From positions 9,610,001-9,674,000 of the forward strand of contig NC_058368.1 of the NCBI RefSeq assembly GCF_018350175.1: a DNA stretch of 64,000 nt, read 5' to 3'. The notes under the pieces were generated by a model that worked only from the letters and a program-made list of their open reading frames with translations, made no database searches and was not told the origin of the DNA. This stretch comes from Felis catus. Lineage: Eukaryota. This document shows positions 48,990-61,883 of this stretch, in pieces (within the stretch, counting starts at the first letter, position 1; each line of letters opens with the position of its first letter). Made by a program: the position numbers and the translations under genes.

Positions 48990-49230
48990 GGGGCGCCTGG
49001 GTGGCACAGTCGGTTAAGCGCCCGACTTCAGCCAGGTCACGATCTCGTGGTCTGGGAGTTCGAGCCCCGCGTTGGGCTCTGGGCTGATGGCCCGGAGCCT
49101 GGAGCCTGCTTCCGATTCTGTGTCTCCCTCTCTCTCTGCCCCTCCCCCGTTCATGCTCTGTCTCTCTCTGTCCCAAAAATAAATAAATGTTGAAAAAAAA
49201 TTAAAAAAAAAAAAAAAGAAAAAGAAAAAT
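48990..49230 (+). mobile_element. Young feline CAN-SINE
   Basis: TSD aaaatttaatttga / aaaatataatttga. Confidence 0.96.
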
Positions 49231-49802
49231 ATAATTTGATTGTTTTTGTTCTCATTTCTCTTCCTTGAATGCACTGGCCAGAAACGTTCCCGTTCTTGAA
49301 GCCAGTCAGTTGGGCAAAATCTGGTCAGGCCACCTTTATGGCACATTTCTTTCTCCTGGTTGCATTTCTCCCATAAAAATACAGTATTAAATATTTCATA
49401 ACCTGGCGGGGGCAGGGGGGGGGTGGAGGTTGGTGCCTGGCAAAGCGGCTAAGCCACAAGCTGTTTTGAGCACTTGCCCAGCAACTGGGCAACCTCCCCA
49501 TCCGTGCCCAGACTGCCACTCCTACTCCGCTCTCTGTCCTAGCTGTGTAAGTTAACAGCCCATAAATTACCCTGAATTGCTTCCTATTTGGGGGCGGGGG
49601 AGGGGGGGGGAGCAGAAGGCAAAGACTCATGCCCTTATTCTGTTCTTATCTGTTCTAGTCCCTACTAGTTACCAGAGAGAATTGTATTAGAGAAAATGGG
49701 ACAAGTAAATAAACTCTGGTCACAAAAGTCACCCACAGGGAATCAGAATTACTAAGAACATGCCATGATTTTTGCCGCTGCGTTCAAAGAAAATGTGGCC
49801 CA

Positions 49803-50040
49803 GGGCGCCCGGGGTGGCTCAGTCAGTTAAGCGGTTAAGCGTCTGACGTCGGCTTGGGTCGTGATCTGAGTTTGTGAGTTCGAGCCTCCGATCGGGCTCC
49901 GCGCTGATGGTGCAAAGCCTGCTTGGGATTCTCTCTCTCCCTCTCTCACTGCCCCTCCCGCGCTCCCCTCTCTCTCAAAATAAATAAATAAATTTGAAGA
50001 GAAAGAAAAGAAAAGAAAAAAAAAGAAAACAAAGGAAGAG
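49803..50040 (+). mobile_element. CAN-SINE
   Basis: TSD agaaaatgtggccca. Confidence 0.93.
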
Positions 50041-50789
50041 AAAATGTGGCCCAAAGCACGACCATCCACCCGATTGCAGAAGCCAGGAACCCTGAAGTCA
50101 TCGTGTCCTTGCCTCTTGGCTTTATCCTTGCATCCAGTCAGCCCCCTCATCTTGTTGAGCGGCCCTCTCGCCAGCCCTGGGAGCGGCCCGTGGGCTCCAG
50201 TCCCTTGCCACTGCTTGCCTGGACGGTGGCATTTGTGCCCCTGTCCCTCCAGCCCCAGCTGCAGCAGTGAGGGCTCCAAATGCACACCCAGCCAGCTCTC
50301 TCTCTCCTAGCGCGGTGCCACCGCCTACAAGAGTCCCACCTCCTTGGTCGGGCGTGCAGGTGCCTGCAGATGGCGCTTGCTGCCCCTCCCCCCCCCCCCC
50401 CCCCCCCCCCCGGGCCCTTAGCACCGCGCGGCGCATCCCTGCGACTGAACCCATCTCACTGCCTGTGATCAGAGGTGCGCGATGGCCTCGCCGCCTTGAC
50501 CGTGAGGTCCGTGAGGTCAGCCGCTGTCTCTCTCAGATCTGCTCAGATCTCTCTCCAGCACCGAACAGGGGAAGAGCTCGCTTTACTCAGTGAGTGTGCG
50601 ACATAAAAAATAATGCTTATACCTTGCCTTATTCTAGACAGGATGTGAAAGGGCAAACGAATAGAATTTCTAAATACAGTCTCTGTCCCACTAAGACCAT
50701 ACATTTACGGAGACGGTAGACGTGTTTAGAAGTACAGGCAAATGAGCCATGGGCCTGTCACCCTCCTCCGTGCTCCCCACTATAAATGT

Positions 50790-50990
50790 TACTAACGGCT
50801 GCCGTTCGACACCATGTACCAAGCACTTAATACTAAATCCTCACAAGCCTCCGGTGCAGAGTTTTCTCTTTTCACAGGTGAAGGCGCTGAGGCAAGAAAA
50901 GGTTAAGAAATGTGTCCAGGGTCACACAAGGAGTCAAGAGGGAGGAAAGAGTCAATTTTGGAGGCCTTCTGTCTCCAAATCCCATGCTCC
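50790..50990 (-). mobile_element. MIR
   Basis: aatcctcacaagcctcc...gaggcaagaaaaggttaagaaatgtgtccagggtcacac. Confidence 0.7.
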
Positions 50991-52031
50991 TTCTGCTGTG
51001 TCATGATGCCTCTCTGTTTAAGGCTTGGCTTCCGACGCCATGAGCATTGCCAAAATTTTAAAACAGTTGGCTTATGTCATGGTCGGCAAAGGCTGTGGGT
51101 GGCACTGAAGTGTGGCTTTAAAGGAAGAGGCTGTACCTTAAGATGGGAGAAAGTCTCGCCTGAACTCTGATCACACCCGTCCTGTGTCCCCAACCCGCAC
51201 CTCTGGGCTCGGAGGCGGGAGAACCGAGCCAGCCTGAGAAGCCGTCTAAGTGACACCTTGACCTGAGCTAGTGGCAGGGAACAGGCACCTTGGCTGTTTG
51301 CATCTACGGCCCACAGGGTCCACTGGAAACCACCGGAAGGTCTGCAAGCTCCGGGGAGAGAGGATTGGCTCCAAAACGCTTTGCAACTCATTAGGGGAAG
51401 GATATCAGATCTTCCTTCCAGGAATGGAGTCGGTCTCAAACCGGTTCGAGGTACCACACGGGGGTGCCAGTCTCTGCCGACGAGCGCTGGGGAGGGAAGG
51501 AGCTGGAGAGAGAGCCAGGGGTCTTGGTGAGTCAGTGGGTCTTGGAACACCTTCACACGGACCAGGAGGGAAGGAAGATGTTCCTCTTCTGGTCGCTCCT
51601 CTGATCTGACCTCTTGTGCTGGAAGACTGCAAAGAAAGCGCGAACTCCTTGACCTTTACAAGGGGGACACACGCGATCCGTTCTACGAGGCGGGGTATAG
51701 GTCCTAGCTGGAAGAGAAACGGGGAAAGGGGCAGAACAGGCAGTTTTTTCCCAGGCACCCTTGTCTCACACGGAGGTGGAGATGCTTTGGGCCGTCCCCA
51801 GCGAGGGCGCTAACGTGGGTCAGTCTCTAACCCCCCGGGGACCGAGCACAGCCTCCCGGTTCTGCAGCTGTCCCCGCCTGCAGCAGAGGCAGTGTGACTC
51901 TGGGGTCAGCGGTGCAAGAGCAGGTGCACCAACTATCTGGCCAAGCCAGTTCTGCAGCTAGACTCTGGGGGCTGCGTCTGGAGGCCCAGTCTGGAGCCTC
52001 TGTCTCCAGCCCTTGTGACCATTCTGTAACC

Positions 52032-52470
52032 CACTGGTTCCCAGACGGTGGCCCCTAGACTGGCAGTATCAGCAGCACCTGGGACCTTGCTAGAAACGGA
52101 AATTCTCGGATCCCACGCTAGGCCCACTGAATCAGAAACTCCAGGGTGGGGCCCAGGGAACTGGGCTTTAACAAACCATCCCGGATAGGGGCACCAGGGT
52201 GGCTCACTCGGTTAGGCGTCCAAGCCTTGATTTCGGCTCGGGTCATGATCTCATGGTTTGTGGGTTCGAACCCTGCCTTGGGCTCCACACTGGCAGCGAG
52301 GAGCCTGCTTGGGATTCTCTCTCTCTCCACCCCCACCCCCCCTCCCCCGCCCTTCCGCCTCTCCCCCATGCACCTGGGCGCGTGCTCTCTCTCTCTCTCC
52401 AAAATAAAAAACAAAACACACACACAAACTTTCCTGGAGATTCTGATGCATACTAAAGTTTAAGGAGCTT
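52032..52470 (+). mobile_element. MER5A hAT-Charlie element, split by a SINE
   Basis: cagtatcagcagcacctgggaccttgctagaaac...actgaatcagaaactc...gattctgatgcatactaaagttt. Confidence 0.88.
52188..52423 (+). mobile_element. CAN-SINE inside MER5A
   Basis: TSD acaaaccatcccgga / acaaactttcctgga. Confidence 0.92.
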
Positions 52471-52476
52471 GCTCGG

Positions 52477-52667
52477 CCGACTTCCCCTCAGGTCATGATC
52501 TCACCACTCAAAGGCTCATGGGTTCGAGCCCCGTGTTGGGCTCTGGGCTACCAGCTGGAGCCTGGAGCCTGCTTGGGATTCTGTGTCTCCCTCTCTCTCT
52601 CTGCCCCTTCCCCATGCACGTGCTCTCTCTCTCTCTCCCTCAAAATAAATAAAAGAGAAAAAAAAGA
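52477..52667 (+). mobile_element. 5'-truncated CAN-SINE
   Basis: Starts at ccgactt...tcaggtcatgatctc. Confidence 0.9.
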
Positions 52668-53466
52668 AGTGCGCAAATCTGTAAGAGCCACTGTGGAGAT
52701 TCAGAGAGGAAATTAATTCAGCCCACCCAAAAGGATCTCTGTGTGGCAATGAAGGCATTAAAGATCATGCTGTTTACAAAAGACATTCAAAAGAACAAAG
52801 TTGAGAAGCTAACACTTCCTAATTTCAAGACTTACTACAAAGTTATAGCAATCAAGATGGCTGCCGACACCCTTATGCTACCGACATAAAGACAGATAAA
52901 ACTATCACTAGACTAGAATAAAAAGTCCAAAGATAAACCCATACATATAAAGACAACTAACTGATCTATGACAACAATGCAAAGGCAACTCACTTGAGAA
53001 AGAACAAATGGTATTGAAACAATTCAACACCCACATGAAAAAATAAATAAGTAAAAGAATCTTGACCCATACCTCACACCATATACACATATTAACTCAA
53101 GCGGGGCTATAAACCCAAATGTAAAACCTAAAACTGAGACACTTTTTGAAGAAAGCATAGGAGAAAATCTTGGTGACAAGAGTGGGCAAAGATTTCTTAC
53201 ATGTGATGCCAAAAGCACAATCTATAAAAAAGTAAAATGAAAAATAAAAATTTTCTAAAAAGCTGATAAATTGGATTTCATCAGATTTAAAAATTCTCTT
53301 CTTTGAAAGATGATACTACAAGAGAATGAGAACACAAATCACAGACTAGAAAAAAATATTTGCCAAGGTATATATCTGATAAAAGACCTGTATCTGGAAC
53401 ATATAACGAGCTCTCAAAATTCAATAATAAGAAAACAAACAACCCAATTAAAAAATAGGCAAAAGA

Positions 53467-53690
53467 GGGGCGCCTGGGTGGCGCAGTCGGTTAAGCGTCC
53501 GACTTCAGCCAGGTCACGATCTCACGGTTCGTGAGTTCGAGCCCCATGTCAGGCTCTGGGCTGATGGCTCGGAGCCTGGAGCCTGTTTCCGATTCTGTGT
53601 CTCCCTCTCTCTCTGCCCCTCCCCCGTTCATGCTCTGTCTCTCTCTGTCCCAAAAATAAATAAAAACGTTGAAAAAAAAATTAAAAAAAA
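53467..53690 (+). mobile_element. Young feline CAN-SINE
   Basis: TSD aaaaataggcaaaaga. Confidence 0.97.
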
Positions 53691-53960
53691 AAAAATAGGC
53701 AAAAGATCTGAGCAGACATGTCATCCAAAAAAGATACATGGATGGCAGTGATACTCAACATCTTTGGGTAGATGCAAATTAACCTCACAATGATATGCCA
53801 TTACATTCCTTTTAGAATGGCTAGAGTCAAAAAGATCAACTATTCCAAATATTGGCAAAGATGCAGAGGAACCAGAACTCTCATTTACTGCTGGGGATGG
53901 GACAAAATGGTACAGCCATTTTGGGAAAAGCTTGGCAATTTTTAAAAAATCAAACACACT

Positions 53961-54180
53961 GGGGCGCTTGGGTGGCTCAGTCGGTTGAGTGTCCGACTTC
54001 GGCCCAGGTCACAATCTCACTGCTCATGGGTTCGAGCCCTGCGTCGGGCTCTTTGCTGACAGCCTGGAGCCTGCTTCGGATTCTGTGTCTCCCTCTCTCT
54101 CTGCCCCCGTCCCCCCCACCCCCGCTCACATGCTGTCTGTCTCTCTCAACAATAAACATTAAAAAATTTTTTAAAAAACA
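53961..54180 (+). mobile_element. CAN-SINE
   Basis: Flanked by aaacacac. Confidence 0.94.
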
Positions 54181-54504
54181 CGTTAAACACACCTTCCATA
54201 TGATCCAACCATCTCACTTCTATGTATTTTCCCAAAAGAAAAGAAAGCATATGTCCACAGAAAGACTTGCGCATGTTTATAGCAACTCTACTCAGAATCT
54301 CAAATGATTATAAACAAACACCTGCTTAAATTGGGTGAAAAAGGAGGAAAAAAATCCACTATGATCAAAGATAATAACTGAGAATAAACTAAAATCCAGA
54401 TCACGGTCTTGAAACCCCTATTCTAGGGCACCCCGATAATTAAGACATTAAACCCTTTTTGGAAAACAATAGAGACCCTCGGTACCATCAGAAAAGCTAT
54501 TACA

Positions 54505-54738
54505 GGGGCGCCTGGGTGGCGCAGTCGGTTAAGCGTCCGACTTCAGCCAGGTCACGATCTCGCGGTCCGGGAGTTCGAGCCCCGCGTCAGGCTCTGGGCT
54601 GATGGCTCGGAGCCTGGAGCCTGCTTCCGATTCTGTGTCTCCCTCTCTCTCTGCCCCTCCCCCGTTCATGCTCTGTCTCTCTCTGTCCCCAAAATAAATA
54701 AACGTTGAAAAAAAAAAAAAATTAAAAAAAAAAAAAAA
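54505..54738 (+). mobile_element. Very young feline CAN-SINE
   Basis: Perfect TSD agaaaagctattaca. Confidence 0.97.
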
Positions 54739-55416
54739 AGAAAAGCTATTACAATTATTTTCGTATCCTTAAAATAAAACAACCTGGGTAAGACAGTAAA
54801 TAAAAACAATGTGGCACTTAATCACCTTATATTATTAATCAGTTAAAACTTATTTTTTGTTGGAAAGAAAATTAAAGCCGGGAAGAGTCCTTTCACACGT
54901 AAGTAGATGGACCTTGGCGAATGCGTACCGTGGAATACTACTATTGCTCTACACAACAACCTGGATGAATCTGCAAATAATTAAACAAAGTGAGAGCAAT
55001 TAGACAAACAAGAATGCATACTGTGTGATCGACTCCATGTATGTAAAACTCTAGACGTGACAAATTCACCTCTAGTGACAGAACGCGGATTCAGTGGTGG
55101 CCTGGAAAATGGGGAAGCGGGGGGGGGGGCCAGAGAGAGTACGAAGGAGTTCAGGGAAACTTCTGAAGATGACAGGTATGTTCAGTATCTTGCTTGTGGT
55201 GATGGTGTTCTGAGTGTAGAGAGGGGTCAAAATTTATCAGGTTGTACACTTAAAGTCGTCCAGTTTATCGGACGTTAATTATCCCTCAATTAAGCTGCTA
55301 AAAAGAAAAGAAGACAGCAAGTACACCCCGTTTACACGGTGATCGCAAAAAAATAGGTGCCCGTTAACCTTTGTGAATTGATTGATTAGAACCACAGCGC
55401 AGTTATGATTAAACCA

Positions 55417-55807
55417 TGTACTGGTCGGCCCCGGCTGCCGTAAGAAAGTACCACACACTGGATGGCTTACGCAACAGAGATGTACTGCCTTATGGCTCCG
55501 GAGTCTAGACGCCCAAGATCAAGTGTCAACGGCGTTGGTCTCTTCTGAGACCCCTCCCCTTGACTTGTCGGTGGCCATCTTCTCCCTGTGTCCTCGCATG
55601 GTCTTCCCTCTACGCCTGCGCCTGTCTGTGTCTTAATATCCTTGAGAGGACACCTGTTCCTATGGGATTAGGTCCCACCCTAAATGCTTCACTTTCACGT
55701 AATTACCTCTTTGAAGTCCCTGGCTCCAAATACGCTCACGTTCAGAGGTATTGGGGGTTGGGACTTCAACAGGGGGTGGGGGAAGTGACACCATTCAGCC
55801 TGTGACA
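55417..55807 (-). mobile_element. MLT1B-like MaLR solo LTR
   Basis: tgta...gtaccacacactggatggctta...ggccatcttctccctgtgtcctcgcatggtc...taattacctctttgaag...tgaca. Confidence 0.85.
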
Positions 55808-55973
55808 AACATGGTTTTCCATTTATAGGACAGCACTTACCACACAGTTCATTTAGATGTAGCCTAATTTCCTTTAGGATATTCTGGTTGTGGGCGTAGC
55901 GAGATGATTAATAGAAGAGAGAATTTCGTGAATTAGCCCCTCGACTAAACTACCAAAAGCTGTACCTGGGTCC

Positions 55974-56015
<42 letters not shown>

Positions 56016-57049
56016 CCGCAGACAGGCAAGAGAGAAACCGGCAGAAGGAAAAGTGAGCTTTGGTGAGATGGTAGGGGAGGCATGGGGGTTGGAGACACAA
56101 AGGAAGGCCTGGCAGGCAACGGAACAGGAAGAGAGACAGGACCGTGAAGTAGCTTTTTCTTTATCCTCAGATCCTGTCTTACCATCAGACGACCACCCCG
56201 CCCCCCCAAAGGAAAGTCATGACTTTACCATCTAAACAAACGGCCAGGTTTGCACGCAGAGCTCCTCCCTTGCTGTGGGCCCCGGCCTCTCTGAGCCCCC
56301 CTCTCTGTGGATGCCAAGGGCAGGAAATCCAAGCCGGAGGTGGGCAAGCGGGGAGATCAGGTGCGATACAAAGCAGGATGCTCCTGGGACAACCCCCTGC
56401 TGAGAGGGGCCCAAGTGTGGGCCTTTGAAAAGCCCCAGGTCGCTAGTTCGCACACGGACCTGTAAGTACTTTTGTTTAGATAATCAAACAAAGCTCGATT
56501 TCGAATTTGCATGGGTTTCTAGTTCCAAAGCGTCCTTGCTGTGCCTGTGACGGCAACTTCCTCTTTGGGCCTGAGACTCTTGGCCTTGCAAATGGAGTGG
56601 TAGGGGGTTGGGGGGTGGGGAGGAGCAAGTGTCTTAACCTGGGCTTAAGATGAACTGCTTGTCAACATAATGTAGGCAAGAGCTAAGCATCATCCTTCCA
56701 GCCGTCAGATACGCGCCCCTACTTTGGACTCCACCCAAAAGAATCACAGTCCTTTTCCAAAGTTTTCATAAATTACTTGCATTTCGTCAAATGTTTGACC
56801 ATCTTCCCACACTTCACTGAAACACTGGTGTAAAAGCAGGAGGCCCAGAGGACGCACCTATGCCACCTCTCTGGGAAAGTCATGTGGCCCCGTGAGGCCT
56901 CTCTTCGGGAGGAATTGTTCTCTGATTTCTATCTAAACCCAACAGAGTGAATTAAGAGGTAGAATCCTACCTGGTGTTTGAGCTGGACTCAAGATCAAGT
57001 GGACAGCTAGAGGATTATGATCCTTGAGGATTATGACCTTATTAATAAT

Positions 57050-57280
57050 CATGATGGTGACCGTTTATTGAGTATCTACTATGTACCAAGCACTGTTCCA
57101 GACTATAGTATATGTGATTTAATTTCCCACCATATTAAGAAGTAGATAATAATCTTCACCATTCTACACCCAGACAATGAGGCTCAGGGAAATTCCTCGA
57201 CCAGGGACACGCAAATCTTAAGCAGCAAAGCTGAATTCGGACCTAGGTTTGTCTGATTTCAAAGCCTGCACTCTTTTAAC
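57050..57280 (-). mobile_element. MIR
   Basis: tttattgagtatctactatgtaccaagcactg...tgaggctcaggga...ttcggacctaggtttgtctgatttcaaagcc. Confidence 0.8.
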
Positions 57281-57869
57281 CACCCCTTGCTTTTCTGGAG
57301 GATGGCCCCAAAATATATTTTGGACTGTACTTGAGTGTCGTTATTTGGTGAGTTATCTTTGTATGTCTATTTAGATCAGAGGCTCCTTCGTATGAAAAGA
57401 TTGAGTCTTTTTCTGGCTTTTGCTGAGCAGAATACGCAAGTTTAAGACACTCAAAAAACGTTGCCTGAAGGTCTGTACCTGACCTTCGTCAGAGTATTAT
57501 ACCAACGTCAAGCTCCTGGTTTTCGACAGTGTGCTGTTGTCATCTAAGACTTGACTGTCGGGGGAAACTAAGTGAAGGACACACGGGAACCCTCTTTTCT
57601 ATTTTTTGGAACTAGTTCAAAATAAAGGATTCGTTAAATGTCATCTGATAACGATAAGGGGCACTGCGCTGGTACAGTAGAAACAAAATTAGGGAAGTCA
57701 GGTCCCAGGCTCTAAAACTGTTCTTCCTAACTAGCTATGTGACTTTGTACGAGTCCTGTCCAACTAAGGCCCAACAAAAGTGGTATCCAACCACCATTTT
57801 GGCGTTGAGTCATGATTTCCGCTATTAAAAAAAAACAAAAACAAAAACCATTCTCAACTTCTTTTTTTA

Positions 57870-59420
57870 GGATGCAAGAGTGAATATATACATCTAACTT
57901 GCTTCCTCCCCAAATGCACTAACGCTACGGTAAAAAGAGACTCTTTACAGACACACCCCACAAAGACAGGCAGGACAAGAGAGGAGAAAACAACAACAAG
58001 ATGATAGAAGCCAGGAAGCAGGTGAGTGAGTGATAAAAGGACTTACCAGGCCTTGAGCTGACAGTACATAAAGCTGAGGATGAACCTGTTTGGCACTATA
58101 GAATCTTCCAAAAAAGTCAGGAACCCACAGCTCCAGGCAGTGGTGGGTATATACGGGGTGGCTACGGGAAGGACTGGGTGAAAACCCCCAAAGACAGGTC
58201 TCTAGATTCCTGCCCGCCCCCCCCCCCGCCCCCCGTATCCCAGGAGACTGCTTTTACCCCATCTAACCAGAGTCTAGGGATTTCATCCTCCTAAGAGTGG
58301 AAAATAGAAGTCTGTGGACTGGGAACTTGGAAGCGCCTTGTCCAGGCAAAGAAGATTAAACGAGTGTATACACAATGAGTGCCAAGTGCCGAGAGAGACC
58401 TCCATCCCCCCGGCTCAGCTCCCAGGACTTGGGCAGCCAGATGTTAAGCTACCAGGCAGGAGACTACAATTCTCCTCTGGAGAATCTGACCAGCCCCAGA
58501 GAAACCTCCCAAAGATACTGAAGTTAGGGAGTGCTCAGCAAATAGCCCACACAGTGAGCTCACCCTGCAGGGAAGCGGACAGTCAGCAAACCCCCACCTT
58601 GAGCTCAGAGCTTCCAATTCTGGCTGGTTGGTTCCCAACGCTCCCGTGGAGATGGATACACCGCAAACCAAAGAAAAAAGGCCACCTGGAGTCTATGCAG
58701 GGAGACGAAAACTTTCCCCACAATAAATAATATCCTCAGAGCAACGACAGACGATCCAAGCAAAAGAAAATCCAAGCACAGAATGCTATAAAAGAAGAAG
58801 AGGAGGAGGAGGAAGGAGGAGAGGAAGAAGAAGAAGAAACAGAGAGAACAACAGCCAAAGAGCTCTCGGGAACTAAAAACAAGACTGCACAGATGACAAA
58901 TTAAATATAGAGAGACTGGAAAATGAAGTTGATGGTAAGTATCCCAGAAACGACAGCAAAAAAAGACAAAGAGATGGAAAATGAAGGAGAAAAGAAAGTA
59001 GAGGATGGGTCCAAGAAGTCTGACATTCAAAGAATGGAAGAGATCTCAGCAAGAGAGGAAAGAGAAATAGAGGGTTAATCGTCGACAAAATCATTCGAGC
59101 AGTTCACCAAGGACAGGACACGCTATTCTAGAACGGAAGGGGCTAGCGCGGACCCGACACCACGGACGAAAATTGCCCAAGGAACATCACTGGGCAACTT
59201 CTAACCACTGGGGACCCACTGGGAACAAAACACGATCCTACGGGCTTCCATGAGGATAAAATAGGTCAATTACAAGGATCGGGAAACACATCGACTTCCA
59301 ACTTTTCAAAGCCAAGAGACAAAGGACAGAGGGTCCAGTTCTGGGTACGACGGTGAATGTACCCTCCGCCTGGACTCTCCCATGGATCGCCATTCTAAAA
59401 CCCGGACAGAACGATGCAGC
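57870..59420 (+). mobile_element. HAL1/L1ME-like 5' and ORF1 remnant
   Basis: ctctggagaatctgaccagccccagagaaacc; caaaaaaagacaaagagatggaaaat; ccaagaagtctgacattc. Confidence 0.6.
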
Positions 59421-60084
59421 ATTTGTTTGGGGAATCAAAAAAGTCAACGGGAACAGGCAGACTGAGATAGGAGAGCAGAATCCCGAGTACGACCACACGA
59501 GCAGTAATTGTAACATTTTTTTCTCCTAGAATATCCCGCCGTGCCTCAAGGCAGTGTGACAGCAATGGCAACAGACGCCTGAGGTGCCTAAAAAGTGGAA
59601 TATTATTCAGCACTAAAAGGAGCAAATTATCGATTCATGTAATGGAATGACTGACTCTCAGACACATTTTGCTAAGTGAAATAAGCCAGATCAAAAGGCT
59701 ATTAGAGAATTTCGTTCGTTTAACTTCCCGGAAAAGGCCACACTACAGGAACAGAAAACAGATCGGTGATTGCGAGGGAATGAGGTGCAGGGAGGGGTTG
59801 ACTGCAAAGGGGCAGCGTGAGGGAAATTTTGTGATCGAATTATTCTAGATCATGGCTGCGGTGGTGGACACACGACTCTATGCGTTTGTCAAAACCCACA
59901 GACCCATACACCAGCAAGTGTGAGGTTTGCTGTACGTAAATTTAAAAAAAACAAATGAATCAGGGTATGGGAGGGAACCCCAGAGGGATCTAAGCCATAA
60001 CAAATTCACCTAAGTGTATTATAAACGAATAACATAACCACATGAAAGGGGTGAAAAGAATTTTGAAAACAGTGTTTTGTTTTG

Positions 60085-60303
60085 TTTTTTTTAAGTTTAT
60101 CTATTTATTTTGAGAGAGAGAGAGAGAGAGAGAGCTCAAGCAGGGGAGGGGCAGAGAGAAAGGGAGAAAGAGAGAATCCCAAGCAGGCTCCGCACTGTCA
60201 GCACAGAGCCCAACTCAGGCTCAAATTCACAAACAGCAAGATCATGACCTGAGCCGAAACCAAGAGTCGGAGGCTTAATCGACTGAGCCGCTCAAGCAAC
60301 CCC
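60085..60303 (-). mobile_element. CAN-SINE
   Basis: TSD aacagtgttttg / aacggtgttttg. Confidence 0.92.
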
Positions 60304-61066
60304 CCCCCTCCCCCGACAACGGTGTTTTGACAGGATACCGTAAGGCTTCGGACAGAAAGAACTCGATGCAGATATGCATTCTAGTCGGTACATTTCTCAG
60401 AGGGCTGTGGGTCAGCAATTCTCAAATTACTTATGTGGATGCTAGGGTCGAACGGAATAGTAAATACGGTATTGAGTACGAGAACCAGGCCTCTCACGGT
60501 CAGAGAAAGAAGTTACACATAGGGAACGGAGAAAGGCTAGAATAATCCCTGTGGTGTGTGACTGGAGTCAAGGGTATCGACATGAACTCTCATGTTTTTT
60601 TTAAATATGTACACAGTTCAATAGACAAAGAAATGAACGTAAATATGTGTACAGACTCGGCTTATTATACATACATATATTTCCTAGCTCTGCCTGCTGA
60701 GCAGGCCTCGAAGCAATGACACCCCAGTAACAGTGAGCCCACCTAGTGCCTCGATGTTGGTCTCTAAATGCTGTGAGCTATTAAAAGGGAACCAGGGCTC
60801 TTTCAGAAGTGGCTGATCGAGCTCAGAGAGTGGAAATAGGAGATGACCCGGGAGTATCTTGTGAAGCCAGAAGGTAAGAAGTTACCCCCAAGGATGAAGG
60901 CCCAGGATGCAAAGAACACAGGGACCAACCTGAAAGCACTTCCAATGGCCAGAGTTGGAACAATCTAAAGTACAATATAAATGATAATATAATTAGATTA
61001 CAGCCCATAGAGTAAAACAAATACCCATGGGTCCACACTAACATAAATACATGAGTGAACAGATGA

Positions 61067-61129
61067 ATGGATGGATGGATGGATGGATGGATGGATGGAT
61101 GGATGGATGGACGAACGGATAGATGGATG
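61067..61129. repeat. (GGAT)n microsatellite
   Basis: Direct reading. Confidence 0.95.
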
Positions 61130-61184
61130 GAGAAAGGGGTAGCTCTTCCTTATAGAAGAATTCCAATTAACAAATGTAGAAGAT

Positions 61185-61382
61185 GGGGTGCCTGGGTGGC
61201 TCATTCGGTTAAGCCTCCGACTTCGGCTCAGGTCATGATCTCGCAGTTCACAAGTTTGAGCCTCGCGCCGGGCTCCGTGCTGACAGCGCAGAGCCTGCTT
61301 GGGATTCTCTCTCCCCCTCCCCTGCTCATGCTCTCTCTCTCTTTCTCTCTCAAGAAATAAATGAAGTTTAAAAAAAAAAAAA
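61185..61382 (+). mobile_element. CAN-SINE (stack 1)
   Basis: Head, linker and tail present. Confidence 0.94.
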
Positions 61383-61386
61383 GGTA

Positions 61387-61602
61387 GGGGCGCCTGGGTG
61401 GCTCAGTCGGTTGAGCGTCCGACTTTGGCTCAGGTCACGATCTCACCGTCAGTGAGTTCGAGCCCGCGTCGGGCTCTGTGCCGACAGCTCGGAGCCCGGA
61501 GCCTTCTTCGGATTCTGTGTCTCCCCCTCTCTCTCTGCCCCTCCCCCATTCATGCTCTGTCTCTCTCTGTCTCAAAAATAAATAAAACATTAAAAAAAAA
61601 AA
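61387..61602 (+). mobile_element. CAN-SINE (stack 2)
   Basis: Flanked by (A)n-ggt. Confidence 0.95.
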
Positions 61603-61606
61603 GGTT

Positions 61607-61835
61607 GGGGCGCCTGGGTGGCGCAGTCGGTTAAGCGACCGACTTCAGCCAGGTCACGATCTCGCAGTCCGTGGGTTCGAGCCCCGCGTCGGGCTCTGGG
61701 CTGATGGCTCAGAGCCTGGAGCCTGTTTCCGATTCTGTGTCTCCCTCTCTCTCTGCCCCTCCCCCGTTCATGCTCTGTCTCTCTCTGTCCCAAAAATAAA
61801 TAAACGTTGAAAAAAAAATTAAAAAAAAAAAAAAA
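61607..61835 (+). mobile_element. Very young feline CAN-SINE (stack 3)
   Basis: Flanked by (A)n-ggt. Confidence 0.96.
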
Positions 61836-61883
61836 GGTAAACATCACTAGCTATAAGATTTATCGCAGGGGGGTGGAGGGCGG

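Larger units (their letters stand above)
52785..55305 (+). mobile_element. L1MB/L1MC ORF2 3' remnant and 3' end, split by three SINEs and a foreign segment
   Basis: cacttcctaatttcaagacttactacaaag; cctcacaccatatacac; aaacaacccaattaaaaaataggcaaaagatctg; gtggaatactac. Confidence 0.88.

Noticed and set aside
54400..54420. ggtcttgaaacc resembling the mitochondrial tRNA-Thr anticodon arm (numt)
   Set aside because: The match is too short and the flanks do not resemble mtDNA
55976..56012. Isolated long poly(A) run (also poly(T) at ~39852-39882) as a retrocopy tail
   Set aside because: No TSD and no upstream transcript-like sequence found
28222..59420. Similarity between 28.2-28.9 kb and 57.9-58.6 kb as a segmental duplication
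   Set aside because: Better explained as two independent decayed copies of a HAL1/L1ME-type family
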